DNA from: an uncultured bacterium
Lineage (GTDB): Bacteria > Lernaellota > Lernaellaia > Lernaellales > Lernaellaceae
Direction of reading: 5' to 3'
NCBI GenBank assembly: GCA_964534375.1
Contig: CAZHPN010000018.1
Span: forward strand, 1 to 50,968
Length of the DNA: 50,968 bases
A program made the translations under genes and the position numbers. Below, piece after piece: positions 8,562 through 17,975 of this stretch (position 1 is its first letter; every line of letters starts with the position of its first letter). Below the pieces are notes generated by a model. It worked only from the letters and a program-made list of their open reading frames with translations, searched no databases and was not told where the DNA came from.

Positions 8562-10658
8562 ATGCTGCCGCCGCCCGCCGAACCCGCCCGCGCCGGACGC
8601 TGGATATTCCTGTTCGCCCTTTCTTTGTTCGTGCTCACCGCCTCGGGGCGGATCGTGGCCGGCGACGGCGTCGTGCTGCTCGAGACCACCGAAGCGCTGG
8701 TCGAACATGGCAGCCTGCGCATCGACCGCGATTTGAGCATGTTCGGCGAAAAGCCCGGCGAGAGTCCGTTTAATTCGGGCCTTTCCATCATCGCGGCGCC
8801 GTTCTACGCGCTGGGCAAAGCGGTCGCCGCCGTTTTTCCGGAACCCTCGCGCTGGCCGATCATCATGTTGTTTTGTTCCCTCGCCAACGCGTTGTTCTGC
8901 GCGCTGATCGCGTTCGTCTTTTTTCGCTTCGGCTTCGCGCTGACCGGCCGGCTGCGACCATCGGTCATCAACGCCTTGCTGCTCATTCTCTGCACGCCGC
9001 TGTGGTCGGCGTCGAAACCGTTCTGGCGGGAACCGCTGAGCGCGCTGGGCCTGGTGACGACCGTGTATTTATTGTTTCTGGCGACGCGGCGGCGCCATCT
9101 TGCGGGCCTGTTCTTTGCTGGTCTTGCGGCCGACGTGGCGCCGTGGGCTCGCGAGGAGTACTGGACACTGATCCCTTTTTTCGCGGCCTACGTGTTCGTT
9201 TCGTCGCGACGGGCGAGGCCCGGCCGCGCTCGCGATGCGGCGGTCGAGTTGGCCGTATTCTTGCTGGCGCCGCTCGGCGGCCTGGCGATCTCGGCGGTGT
9301 TCTCGGAACTCCAATACGGCCGCGCGTTCGGCGGCGGTTTTTCCGGCCACAACCTCGCGGCCGCGCCGCTGGCGGTCGGCTTCTACGGCCTCTTGTTTTC
9401 GCCGATGGTTGGATTGTTCGTCTTCGCGCCGCTCGTTGCTTTCGGCCTGTTCGGCTTCGCGCGCTTGGCGCCGCGCGACAAACCGCTGACCTTCCTGTTG
9501 CTGGCGATCCTGGCGTTCATGACCGTGCTCTACGCGAAATATCACATTTGGGCGGGCGGCCAACCGCTCGGCCCGCGTTACCTGATGCCGCTCGTGCCGT
9601 TGTTGATGTTGTCCCTGGCGTTTCTGCTCGAGTGGGGCGCCGTTTCGGCATGGCTCACGGCAGGCCTCGTCATGACCGCCGTCTACGGCTTCGGCGCGCA
9701 AATTTTATCCGTCGCCGGCGATTTCCAGCGCGTCGCGACGCAGGAAATGCATTTTGTCGGCGGCGATCGCGAGTTGCTGACGCCGTTTCTGATGCTGCAT
9801 TCGCCGTTCCCCGGCCTGTGGGAGCAGTTGCGATCGGGCGCGCTCGACATCATCTGGCTGCGCCTGGCGGCGAACGGCTTGCCGCTGTTATTCGCGGCGA
9901 TCCCGCTCGTCTGCCTGGCGCTCCTGGGGCTGTCCGCCCGGCGGTTGTTGCGCCTTGCTGCGGCGCCCGCCGAGCAGCGGATCGCGTGGCGGACGCTGCC
10001 GCCGCCCGCGCGCCGCGCCATCGCCGGTCTGGCGGCGCTGTCGCTGCTGTTGCTCGCGGCGATCCTCGGCGGCCGGCTGCACACGCCGCGCGGCCTGACG
10101 TTCCACCTGCTGGCGGATGCGGGCGGCGGGCCGGCGCTGATTCGCGCGGCGCCGACGGCGTTGCCGCAGGCCGACGAATTCGCGAATCCGTGCGCCGGGC
10201 CGGACGCCGGTGCGAAGACGGCGGTCTGGCAGGGGGTGCTGCGCATTCCGTCGTACTACTTTGCCAACCAGCTTTATTTTCTGACCAATGGCGTGACGCG
10301 CGCGACGATCGGCGACAAATTGACGTTCGACACGAGTTCCGTCGAGTCGGGTCGCCTCTTTGTCATGCAACGGCAAGTCGATTTGACGCGCGGCTACTAT
10401 CCGGTCCGTATCGCCTTCGCCTGTCCGCTGGGCGACCCGCGTTTCGAGGCGCGCTGGTCGATCCGCGACTACGCGTTCCGCGATCTGATCCGCCGCGATT
10501 ATTGGTTTCCGGCGATGCCGTCGGCGTTGGCGCGACTGCTCATCGACTACGAGGCGCACCTCGTAATCCTGCTGGCGGTCGTCGTTTTTCTCGCGCTGGG
10601 TCAGACGTTTGCCGCCGTGGGCGCGGCCGCCGAGCCGCCGGCGCCGCGGCAAATGTAG
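8562..10658 (+). CDS. Polytopic GT-C-like membrane glycosyltransferase with C-terminal PA14-like domain
   Basis: Start reassigned to ATG 8562 (the track ORF from 7731 overlaps pcnB). Many TM segments, GPRYLMP motif, and AVWQGVLRIP...LTRGYYPVRI resembling PA14. Confidence 0.55.
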   Translation: MLPPPAEPARAGRWIFLFALSLFVLTASGRIVAGDGVVLLETTEALVEHGSLRIDRDLSMFGEKPGESPFNSGLSIIAAPFYALGKAVAAVFPEPSRWPIIMLFCSLANALFCALIAFVFFRFGFALTGRLRPSVINALLLILCTPLWSASKPFWREPLSALGLVTTVYLLFLATRRRHLAGLFFAGLAADVAPWAREEYWTLIPFFAAYVFVSSRRARPGRARDAAVELAVFLLAPLGGLAISAVFSELQYGRAFGGGFSGHNLAAAPLAVGFYGLLFSPMVGLFVFAPLVAFGLFGFARLAPRDKPLTFLLLAILAFMTVLYAKYHIWAGGQPLGPRYLMPLVPLLMLSLAFLLEWGAVSAWLTAGLVMTAVYGFGAQILSVAGDFQRVATQEMHFVGGDRELLTPFLMLHSPFPGLWEQLRSGALDIIWLRLAANGLPLLFAAIPLVCLALLGLSARRLLRLAAAPAEQRIAWRTLPPPARRAIAGLAALSLLLLAAILGGRLHTPRGLTFHLLADAGGGPALIRAAPTALPQADEFANPCAGPDAGAKTAVWQGVLRIPSYYFANQLYFLTNGVTRATIGDKLTFDTSSVESGRLFVMQRQVDLTRGYYPVRIAFACPLGDPRFEARWSIRDYAFRDLIRRDYWFPAMPSALARLLIDYEAHLVILLAVVVFLALGQTFAAVGAAAEPPAPRQM

Positions 10659-10676
10659 TTCGCGACGCGAGCGGCT

Positions 10677-13109
10677 TCAGCGCCAGCGCGGCCGCAACAC
10701 GCTCGAACAATTCCACAAATCCGGATGCCGGGCGGCCGCGACGAGCAGCAATATCACAAAAATGCCAAGGATCGCGCCGAGCACGTACGCGCCCGCGCGG
10801 GGATCGGCCGGCGCATCGGCGAGCGCCGGCCGCGTCCGCCGAAACGGCCGATAAAACAGCGTGAGGCCCAGCGTGCCGAGGAAGGCGAGAACCGTCGCCG
10901 CCAGCGCGGGTCGAAAGCCGGCCGGCCGAAACGACAGCGTTACGTCGTGCGCGCCGGCGGGGGTCGCGAACCCCCAATAAAGATAATTGGTGCGATAGAT
11001 CTTCGCCGGCGCGCCGTCGATCGTGGCTTGCCAACCCGGATAGTAGTTTTCGCGGACGATCAAAAACGCCGGTCGATCCGTCTGCACGCGCAAACGCCGC
11101 ACGTCGGGCTCCTCGGCCAGCACCGTCACCGCGGCGTTCGCCGGTTCGATGTTGGGCAAATCCCCCGCGTCTTCGAGCACGGCCGCCGCCGCGCCGCCAA
11201 TGTTCTGCAAGGCCACCAGCGCCTCGGATTCCCCGGCGACGGGCCGGATTTCCGTCGCGAAGGCGTAAATCGGCAGCGGATTCGGCATCTCGAAAATGTG
11301 CAACGGCTCGGCGGGCGCCTCGCGCGGAAACAGGATGTACTTGACCGACATCTGACGCATCAGTTCCTCGTCGCGCCGGGCGAAGGCGCGTTGCAGCCGC
11401 GCCAGGATCAACGGCATATCGCAGTTCGCGGTGCGCAAGCCGTACATCATCGGCATCGCGAACGGCAGCGCCTGAGCGCCGGCGACGTTGTAGGTCATGT
11501 CATGGGTCCAATTGTCGTTGGACACGGCGCCCATGGATTGCAAGGTGTACAGGCGATAGTTGTCGAGACGCGGCCGCAGATAATCCAGGGTGATGTGCGG
11601 CACATAAATCGCAGGCGCGGTCACCGGGTTTTCCTGGCGATTCGCCGACGCCAGATCCGCAAAAACCAACCCGCCGATCGCCAGCCAGGCCGCGGCGCGA
11701 GCAACCGGCGGCGCTCGGCGGGCGCGCCAGAGCAGCAGCGCCGCGCCCGCCAACGCAACCGCGAGCCAGGTTCGCGCGGTCAGGTCGCAGTGCAGGGCGG
11801 TCGCCGGCGCCGACAAGGGTCCCGGCGCCGGGCCGCGAAGCCACAAACCGCGGCCAAAGGCGGCGATCGCTCCCCCATACGCCGTCGCCGCCCACGCGGC
11901 GGCGCCGGCCAGAAGGCCGACGGCGAGACGCCTCCACGAGGGGCCTTCATCGTGGAGGCGATCCAGACCCGACGCGGTCAGAAACGCGAACGACAGCGAC
12001 ATCGGCAGGAAAAATCGCGTCGGAATGCGCATCCGGTCGAGCAACGGCACGCGCTCGATCAGGCCCGTGAACGGCCCGGCCATGCCCAGAACGAACAACA
12101 GCCCAAAGGCGACGACCGCCAGATGAGCGTGATCGCGGCGACGCCGGCGGCCGGCGAACAGCAGCGGCAGAAAACACCAGACGGCGAGACCGAGATAGAC
12201 GCCGACTTCCTTTTCCGGCACGCCGTCGAGATACCAGGTGCCGTCCAGGTTTCGCCCGTTCTGGTCCGGGCTGGCGAGGCGGGCGAACGCGTCGGGCACT
12301 AGCGAAAAGGAATAAAGAATCGAGGACGCCATTCGCTCGTGCCGACTCGATTGCGGCAATAAGTGCAGCATACCGCCGATGATGGCCGTCGACATCGCGG
12401 CCGCGAGCACGCCGATGCACAACACCGCCGCGACGAGTTCGACCGCCAGGCGCGGCCGGCGCGAAACCCAGGCTTCGACGGCCAGCGCCGCGCAAAAAAC
12501 CGCCAGCGCCATCGCGGAGAAAATGCCGCTTTGTTGGTGGCCGGCCGCGAACATGGCGCCGAGAACCAACGCGGCGCGGAGGATTTCGGCGACGCGGCCT
12601 TTCTCGAGAAAGCGGTCGAAAAAATAATACAGCCACGGAAACAGGCAATACGCCTCAAAGAACATGAAATGCACCAGGTGGAAAATCAGCGGGCTGCCGA
12701 AAACGTACGTCATCGCGCCGATAGCCGCCGCCGGGCGGGAATGCGAACGCGCCAGGTAAAGATATGCGCCGAGCGCGGCGGCGAGCCCGTGCAGGATCGT
12801 CGACGCGTTCAGCGCCCACCACGAAGGCAGCCACGTGAACAGCAAGTAATTCGGCAGATACAGCGGGCCAGCCTGGCCCTCGTCGAACAGCGGGTCGCCG
12901 CCGCAGAGAAACGGCGACCACAACGGGAAGCGGCCATGCGCCACATTCTTGAAAAAGAAATCGCGCACCGGGACCGTGAATTCGAGCAGATCGAAATAAA
13001 AAAGAACGCCGGAAAAGGAGACGATTTTCCAAAAGAAAACGACGAACGCGGCGAGCAGCAGGGCGAGCGGCGCCGCGCGACGGGCGGTGTCTCGCAGGTG
13101 TCTGGTCAT
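10677..13109 (-). CDS. YfhO-family membrane protein (GT-C glycosyltransferase)
   Basis: FPLWSPFLCGGDP N-terminal motif, RIPTRF, and C-terminal ENYYPGWQATIDG...GAHDVTLSFRP typical of YfhO. Confidence 0.8.
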   Translation of the reverse strand: MTRHLRDTARRAAPLALLLAAFVVFFWKIVSFSGVLFYFDLLEFTVPVRDFFFKNVAHGRFPLWSPFLCGGDPLFDEGQAGPLYLPNYLLFTWLPSWWALNASTILHGLAAALGAYLYLARSHSRPAAAIGAMTYVFGSPLIFHLVHFMFFEAYCLFPWLYYFFDRFLEKGRVAEILRAALVLGAMFAAGHQQSGIFSAMALAVFCAALAVEAWVSRRPRLAVELVAAVLCIGVLAAAMSTAIIGGMLHLLPQSSRHERMASSILYSFSLVPDAFARLASPDQNGRNLDGTWYLDGVPEKEVGVYLGLAVWCFLPLLFAGRRRRRDHAHLAVVAFGLLFVLGMAGPFTGLIERVPLLDRMRIPTRFFLPMSLSFAFLTASGLDRLHDEGPSWRRLAVGLLAGAAAWAATAYGGAIAAFGRGLWLRGPAPGPLSAPATALHCDLTARTWLAVALAGAALLLWRARRAPPVARAAAWLAIGGLVFADLASANRQENPVTAPAIYVPHITLDYLRPRLDNYRLYTLQSMGAVSNDNWTHDMTYNVAGAQALPFAMPMMYGLRTANCDMPLILARLQRAFARRDEELMRQMSVKYILFPREAPAEPLHIFEMPNPLPIYAFATEIRPVAGESEALVALQNIGGAAAAVLEDAGDLPNIEPANAAVTVLAEEPDVRRLRVQTDRPAFLIVRENYYPGWQATIDGAPAKIYRTNYLYWGFATPAGAHDVTLSFRPAGFRPALAATVLAFLGTLGLTLFYRPFRRTRPALADAPADPRAGAYVLGAILGIFVILLLVAAARHPDLWNCSSVLRPRWR

Positions 13110-13252
13110 GGGTGCATTTGTTCCCGCGCTACGAATGCCAATTTTTGTATCACCTGCGCCGGCACACTGTCAAAACACGGCATCGATTTCTCTGGCGCCG
13201 ACGCCGCGCCGCGCACGCCGTCGTCCGGAGAGCGCACGAAGACGGCCGGCGG

Positions 13253-13282
13253 TTGACAGCGCGGAACGGGCGGCATAGCAAT
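13253..13282 (+). promoter_or_regulatory. Putative promoter for the ACP/ligase unit
   Basis: Perfect TTGACA at 13253, followed 17 bp later by TAGCAAT. Confidence 0.35.
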
Positions 13283-13376
13283 ACGGTCGAGAACAGTCGT
13301 TCGCGAACTTTCAACCAGGTTCGGTTCAGGTTCTGCGGGCTCGACAAATTACCTCCAAAACCGGCAGGGGGCGCAG

Positions 13377-13628
13377 TTGGATTTCGAGAGAGCGTTTCAA
13401 GTGGTCACCGGCTACCTTGCAGAACGGTTTGAAATTCCCCGCGAGAAAATCACGGTCTCAGCTCATCTGTTCAAAGACCTGAAGCTGGACAGCATCGACG
13501 CCCTCGACATGATCGCGATCATGGAAAACGACTACAACCTGAAAGTCGTCGAGGAAGACTTGATGAAATTGCGCACGGTCCGGGACGTCGTGGAATACGC
13601 CGTACGTTACATGCCCGCCCACGCCTGA
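13377..13628 (+). CDS. Acyl carrier protein (ApeF-like)
   Basis: DLKLDSIDALDM phosphopantetheine site; 83 aa; TTG start after AGGGGG. Confidence 0.92.
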   Translation: MDFERAFQVVTGYLAERFEIPREKITVSAHLFKDLKLDSIDALDMIAIMENDYNLKVVEEDLMKLRTVRDVVEYAVRYMPAHA

Positions 13629-13632
13629 GTTC

Positions 13633-15321
13633 ATGGCCAACCAGCCGACGAAGCTGCAGTCGATTCGCTTCATTTCCGACGGGACCGTTGCCGCCGCGGC
13701 CTGTTTCACCGCGTCTTCGCCCTGGTTTTCCGGGCATTTTCCCGGCAACCCGATCTTGCCGGCGGTCGCGATTCTCGCGGTCGTCTGGGAAGCGGCGCAG
13801 GCGCTCGCCGCGCAGTCGGGCGAGCATTTTCTGATTCGCCAGATCAAACGGGTCCGATTCCGCCGAATCGTCAAACCGGACGAACGGCTCGATTTGACCG
13901 TTTCCTTTCGGCGCGAGGAACGCCTCTTGGAGTTTGAAGTCGCCGTCGATTCTGAATTTGCCGCCGCTGGCGCCGCGCTGGTCGAGTGCGAAACCCTGTC
14001 GGACTTCGCGCTGCCCGCGCCGGCAAATTCCTTTCTGCTCGGCGGCGCGACCAGCGGCAATGTCTATGCGCTGGCGGAAACAATCCCCGAGCAAGCGCGC
14101 ATGCTCGGCGAGGGCGCGAACCTGGCGTGCGTCCTGTCGCCGGACAAGGCGGTTATCGCGGCGGCCGTCGTCGCTGCACTAACCAGCCGGATCGATCTCC
14201 TGCTGCCGCCGGTGCTCAGCGAGCGCGTGATTGGCGAATTGCAGGCGGACGCCGCAATCAAAATGGCCATCACGGACCGGCCCGTCGAGGCGGCAAAGCA
14301 CTGGCGCGTTGTCCAGTTGGCGCCGACGACCGAAACAAGGCCCGCGCCGCCGCTGCGCCGCGACCCGGACGCGCCGTTCCTTTTCCTCCAGACCGGCGGC
14401 TCGACCGGCGCGCCGGCGCGATGGTCGAAAACGCCGCACAATCTGCTGCGCGAAACCAAGCTGTTGATCGACAAGTACGGCATCGGCCCGCAGGACGTGA
14501 TCCTCTCGACCGTGCCGCCCCAGCATATTTACGGGCTGCTGTTCACCGTGCTGCTGCCCTTCCTTTCCAGAGCGCGGGTCGTCAACGAGGTCTGCTGTTT
14601 TCCGCGCGAGATCGCCGACGCGTTGGCGACGCACGGCGCGACCGTGCTCGTCGCCGCCCCGCCGCATTATCACGCTCTGCGGCATACGGCGCTCGCCGCG
14701 CCGCATTTGCGTCGGGCGTTTTCCTCCGGCGGCATGTTGGACGCGGCCGACGCGGAGCGTTTTCACGAGCAGACCGGCGTCGGTGTGGTCGAAGTTTACG
14801 GCTCCACCGAAACCGGCGGGGTCGCGACGCGCTGCCGCGCCGCCGGCGAACAGACCTGGCGGGCCCACGCGATTTTGCAATGGCGAATCGAAGACGAGCG
14901 GCTCTGCGTCGCGTCGCCGTTTACCTCGCCCGAGGCGCCGCGCGCCGCCGACGGTTTTTTCCGCACAGGCGACCGCGCCGAGGCGGGCGCCGACGAAACC
15001 TTCGTCTTGTACGGCCGCGCCGACGGCATCGTGAAAGTCAGCGGCAACCGGGTCGATCTGGCCGAAGTGGAAGAAAAGATCCGGACGGCGCCGCACGTCG
15101 CCGACGCGGTAGTTCTGTCTCTGCCCATCGACGGCGTGCGGGAGAACGAAATCGCGGCGCTGGTCGTCGGCGAAATCCCCGAAGAAGAATTGCGCCGCCA
15201 TCTTGCGGACCGGCTCGAACCGTACGCTGTGCCGCGCGTGATCAAATTTGTCGAAAGCATTCCGGTCACGGCCGCGGGGAAACGCGACCGTGCTGCCATG
15301 ATTGAACTATTCAACCGGTAA
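13633..15321 (+). CDS. Fusion: FabA/FabZ-like (ApeI-like) dehydratase + AMP-dependent acyl-CoA/ACP ligase (ApeH-like)
   Basis: N-term WFSGHFPGNPILPAV; then QTGGSTGAP, HIYGL, VYGSTETGG, FRTGD, GRADGIVKVSG, GKRD adenylation motifs. Confidence 0.85.
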   Translation: MANQPTKLQSIRFISDGTVAAAACFTASSPWFSGHFPGNPILPAVAILAVVWEAAQALAAQSGEHFLIRQIKRVRFRRIVKPDERLDLTVSFRREERLLEFEVAVDSEFAAAGAALVECETLSDFALPAPANSFLLGGATSGNVYALAETIPEQARMLGEGANLACVLSPDKAVIAAAVVAALTSRIDLLLPPVLSERVIGELQADAAIKMAITDRPVEAAKHWRVVQLAPTTETRPAPPLRRDPDAPFLFLQTGGSTGAPARWSKTPHNLLRETKLLIDKYGIGPQDVILSTVPPQHIYGLLFTVLLPFLSRARVVNEVCCFPREIADALATHGATVLVAAPPHYHALRHTALAAPHLRRAFSSGGMLDAADAERFHEQTGVGVVEVYGSTETGGVATRCRAAGEQTWRAHAILQWRIEDERLCVASPFTSPEAPRAADGFFRTGDRAEAGADETFVLYGRADGIVKVSGNRVDLAEVEEKIRTAPHVADAVVLSLPIDGVRENEIAALVVGEIPEEELRRHLADRLEPYAVPRVIKFVESIPVTAAGKRDRAAMIELFNR

Positions 15322-15432
15322 TTATTCTTTTCACTTTGGCGCCTAACTGGAAAGATTCGTGACCAGCACGAGCGCCGCGCCAGACCCGACGGAGCCTTGG
15401 CGACGTCGGTTGCCGCGCCCTCATTGACGTCG

Positions 15433-15993
15433 TTAGCCCCATTTGGCCGCAATATTTTGCCGATGGCCGTAAATAATCAGCGCCAATGCTGCGAGGACGC
15501 CCACGGTCGTCCACGGGCCGACGCCGCAACGAATCAACGTCCCTGCCGCCAAGACGGCCACCATCGCGAATGATCCGATGAACGCTTCGCGGCCGAGCTT
15601 GTTGAAAATTACCCAGGCGGCCAGCGAGACAACTGCGGCCAATGGGAAAACGACCGCGGTGAAGCCGAGGTAATTGGCGACGCCCTTGCCGCCGCGAAAT
15701 CCGTGGAAGATGGGAAACCGGTTGCCTGCGAGCAGCGCCAGGCAAATCCACGGCACTAGGGTGAGCGGCGCCAGCTTCAGCGCCAACGCCGCGACGAACG
15801 CCGAGCGGCCCAAATCCAGCAGGAGAATCGGCGCCGCCCAGCGCACGCCCAACGTTCGGTAGACATTGAAGGTCCCCGGATTGCCGCTGCTCCAGGAGCG
15901 CGGATCGCCGCGGCCACCCAGGCGCAAAATCAGAATGGCAAAATTGATCGAGCCCGCAACATAGGCCAGCAGCGCCAATCCAAAGAGCTTCAT
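15433..15993 (-). CDS. plsY: Acyl-phosphate:glycerol-3-phosphate acyltransferase
   Basis: SGNPGTFNVYR, FRGGKGVA and HRQNI motifs; hydrophobic. Confidence 0.88.
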   Translation of the reverse strand: MKLFGLALLAYVAGSINFAILILRLGGRGDPRSWSSGNPGTFNVYRTLGVRWAAPILLLDLGRSAFVAALALKLAPLTLVPWICLALLAGNRFPIFHGFRGGKGVANYLGFTAVVFPLAAVVSLAAWVIFNKLGREAFIGSFAMVAVLAAGTLIRCGVGPWTTVGVLAALALIIYGHRQNIAAKWG

Positions 15994-17498
15994 CGCCGCG
16001 CCTCCGCGAAATCGGGCGGCGTCAACAAGGTGAAAACATGGTCGTCAATGACGGCATGGTCGGCGCGCCAAATTGCCTCGCCAACGCGAACCCAGCTCAC
16101 GGCGTCGCCTATTTCCGTCGTTTGCGCCGCCGCACAAGCTTTGACCAGCGGCAGGTCCAGCGCCTTCGCCGCCGCCTCCTTGAGTGTCCACACGCGCGCC
16201 GCGGCCGGCAGGGCGCCGAGCGGGGAATTGCGCGCGAGGAGCTGCTCCGCCTCGGACATATAAAGCCGCATCGTTCGCAGCATCTTGTCGGCGACGCGCT
16301 CGACGTCGACGCCGAGGCCGCCGGTTCCGGCGACCGCGACCACAAAACGCTCGTCGTGCGCCGCGGAAAATTGCAAATCATGCGCCAGACCCGGGCACGA
16401 GACGCCCGGGCGGCGATCATCGGGAAGGACAGTATCCAACGCCGAAGCTTCGACTGTCGCCGCAGCGCCGAAAAGCTTGCGCGCGAGTCGTTTCAGGGCG
16501 ATGCGCGCCGCGATAAACGATTTTTTTCGCCTTTCGCCCAGGCCCGCGGCGAGTTCCATTTCGTGCGCCGACAATGCGTGCTCCGCCAGCGGCGTCACGG
16601 ACGCCAATTCCAGCATCGCAAGCCCGGCGCAATGCTCGCGCCACGTCGCCGGAAGCGACTCCGGCAGCGGCGCCGCCACCCACTCGGGCGGGTGGGCGCG
16701 CCCCTGCGAAACGTCGGCCATTTTGACGCCGAGAACGGCTTCGGCCAACGCGCCATCGCGCCGATACAGCCAAAGATCGAATGTCAAAATTCCGGCCACG
16801 GCGCCGTGCGGGACGACTCGGCAAAAATAGGACTCGCCCGGACGCGTCGGCGACACGATGAACCGTTCGGCGTACCCGATCGGGAAGGCGACGACGCCCG
16901 CGTAACGCTGGCCCCAGGCGCAGGCCAGATGAAACGCCGCGTCGAGCGGAAACGGCGAGCCGAGCGGCCCGAAGCGGTCCGGATCGGACGGCGCCGCGAC
17001 CACGCCAATAACGCCGTCGGGCGAAAGCAAAATCGGATCCAGCGCGTTGTGGTACGCCGGGCCGAACGGCGTCAGTTCGCCGTAAAGCCGCGCCGACGGC
17101 ACGGCGAACGACAGCCCTTCTAGCGATGCGGCCACATCGATCGGCAGGCAGGGCAATTGCCGCGCGCGCCCGAACGTCACAGCGACGTGCGTCTTGGCGC
17201 GGCTGATGCCGGCCTTGGCCGAATGAATCTCGGAAAGGAGTTCAACGCGGAGGTCGTCATTCTCGCCAGGGGTCGCCTCAATCAGCGCCTCGATCGTCGC
17301 CGCGCCCGGCGGAATCGTCAGAAAACTACGAAATTCGGCGTCGCGTGAGTAAAGCACGGCGGCGCCGGCTTGCCTCGCCGCCTCGGCCAACAGACTCAGG
17401 GCCTCGACCGCCGGCAGAATCGTCCGACCCTCAAAATGATGATCATGAAAATGGGGCGCGATCGGAATGGTCACGGAGCGCCGGAACGAGGCCATCAT
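15990..17498 (-). CDS. Fusion: PKS-type double-hotdog dehydratase + Sfp-type 4'-phosphopantetheinyl transferase
   Basis: Start reassigned to ATG 17498 (ATGA overlap). DHHFEGRTILP (HxxxGxxxxP), FGPAY, LDAAFH; C-term FSAAHD, GVDVE, WTLKEAAAKAL. Confidence 0.8.
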   Translation of the reverse strand: MMASFRRSVTIPIAPHFHDHHFEGRTILPAVEALSLLAEAARQAGAAVLYSRDAEFRSFLTIPPGAATIEALIEATPGENDDLRVELLSEIHSAKAGISRAKTHVAVTFGRARQLPCLPIDVAASLEGLSFAVPSARLYGELTPFGPAYHNALDPILLSPDGVIGVVAAPSDPDRFGPLGSPFPLDAAFHLACAWGQRYAGVVAFPIGYAERFIVSPTRPGESYFCRVVPHGAVAGILTFDLWLYRRDGALAEAVLGVKMADVSQGRAHPPEWVAAPLPESLPATWREHCAGLAMLELASVTPLAEHALSAHEMELAAGLGERRKKSFIAARIALKRLARKLFGAAATVEASALDTVLPDDRRPGVSCPGLAHDLQFSAAHDERFVVAVAGTGGLGVDVERVADKMLRTMRLYMSEAEQLLARNSPLGALPAAARVWTLKEAAAKALDLPLVKACAAAQTTEIGDAVSWVRVGEAIWRADHAVIDDHVFTLLTPPDFAEARR

Positions 17499-17974
17499 TG
17501 GGGAAACTGGCGCCAAATCTTGACGGTCTGCGGGTCGACGGCTACCGGCCGGCGCGCCGCATTCAGCGCGCAATGTGTGGTGAAGCCCTGGCAGATCAAC
17601 TGGCCGGTGTCGGCGTGGGTGATGAGATAATCGAAGCGCACGCGCACGCGTTCGAGCGCCGCCGGCCGAGTATGAATCCACATCGCGTCGTCGTAGCACA
17701 GCGACTTGAAAAACTTCAACCCGACCTCGACGACCGGATAGATATATCCGCTTTCTTCCACCGCAAAATAGGGATAGCCGATGTCGCGCATCAACGTGAC
17801 CCGGCCGAGTTCGAAGTAGCGAAAATAATTCGAGTGATACACCACGCCGGAACGGTCGGTGTCCGCGTACAGCGTCCGCGATTGGACGCGATGCCACACC
17901 AAGCCCGTGCTCCGATCGACGACGTAGCGGTCGTCATTCTGATGCGTCTCGGGTTGGAACGGTTGCGGCTTCAT
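17495..17974 (-). CDS. YbgC/4HBT-family acyl thioesterase
   Basis: YADTDRSGVVYHSNYFRYFELGR. Confidence 0.9.
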   Translation of the reverse strand: MKPQPFQPETHQNDDRYVVDRSTGLVWHRVQSRTLYADTDRSGVVYHSNYFRYFELGRVTLMRDIGYPYFAVEESGYIYPVVEVGLKFFKSLCYDDAMWIHTRPAALERVRVRFDYLITHADTGQLICQGFTTHCALNAARRPVAVDPQTVKIWRQFPQ

Positions 17975-17975
17975 C

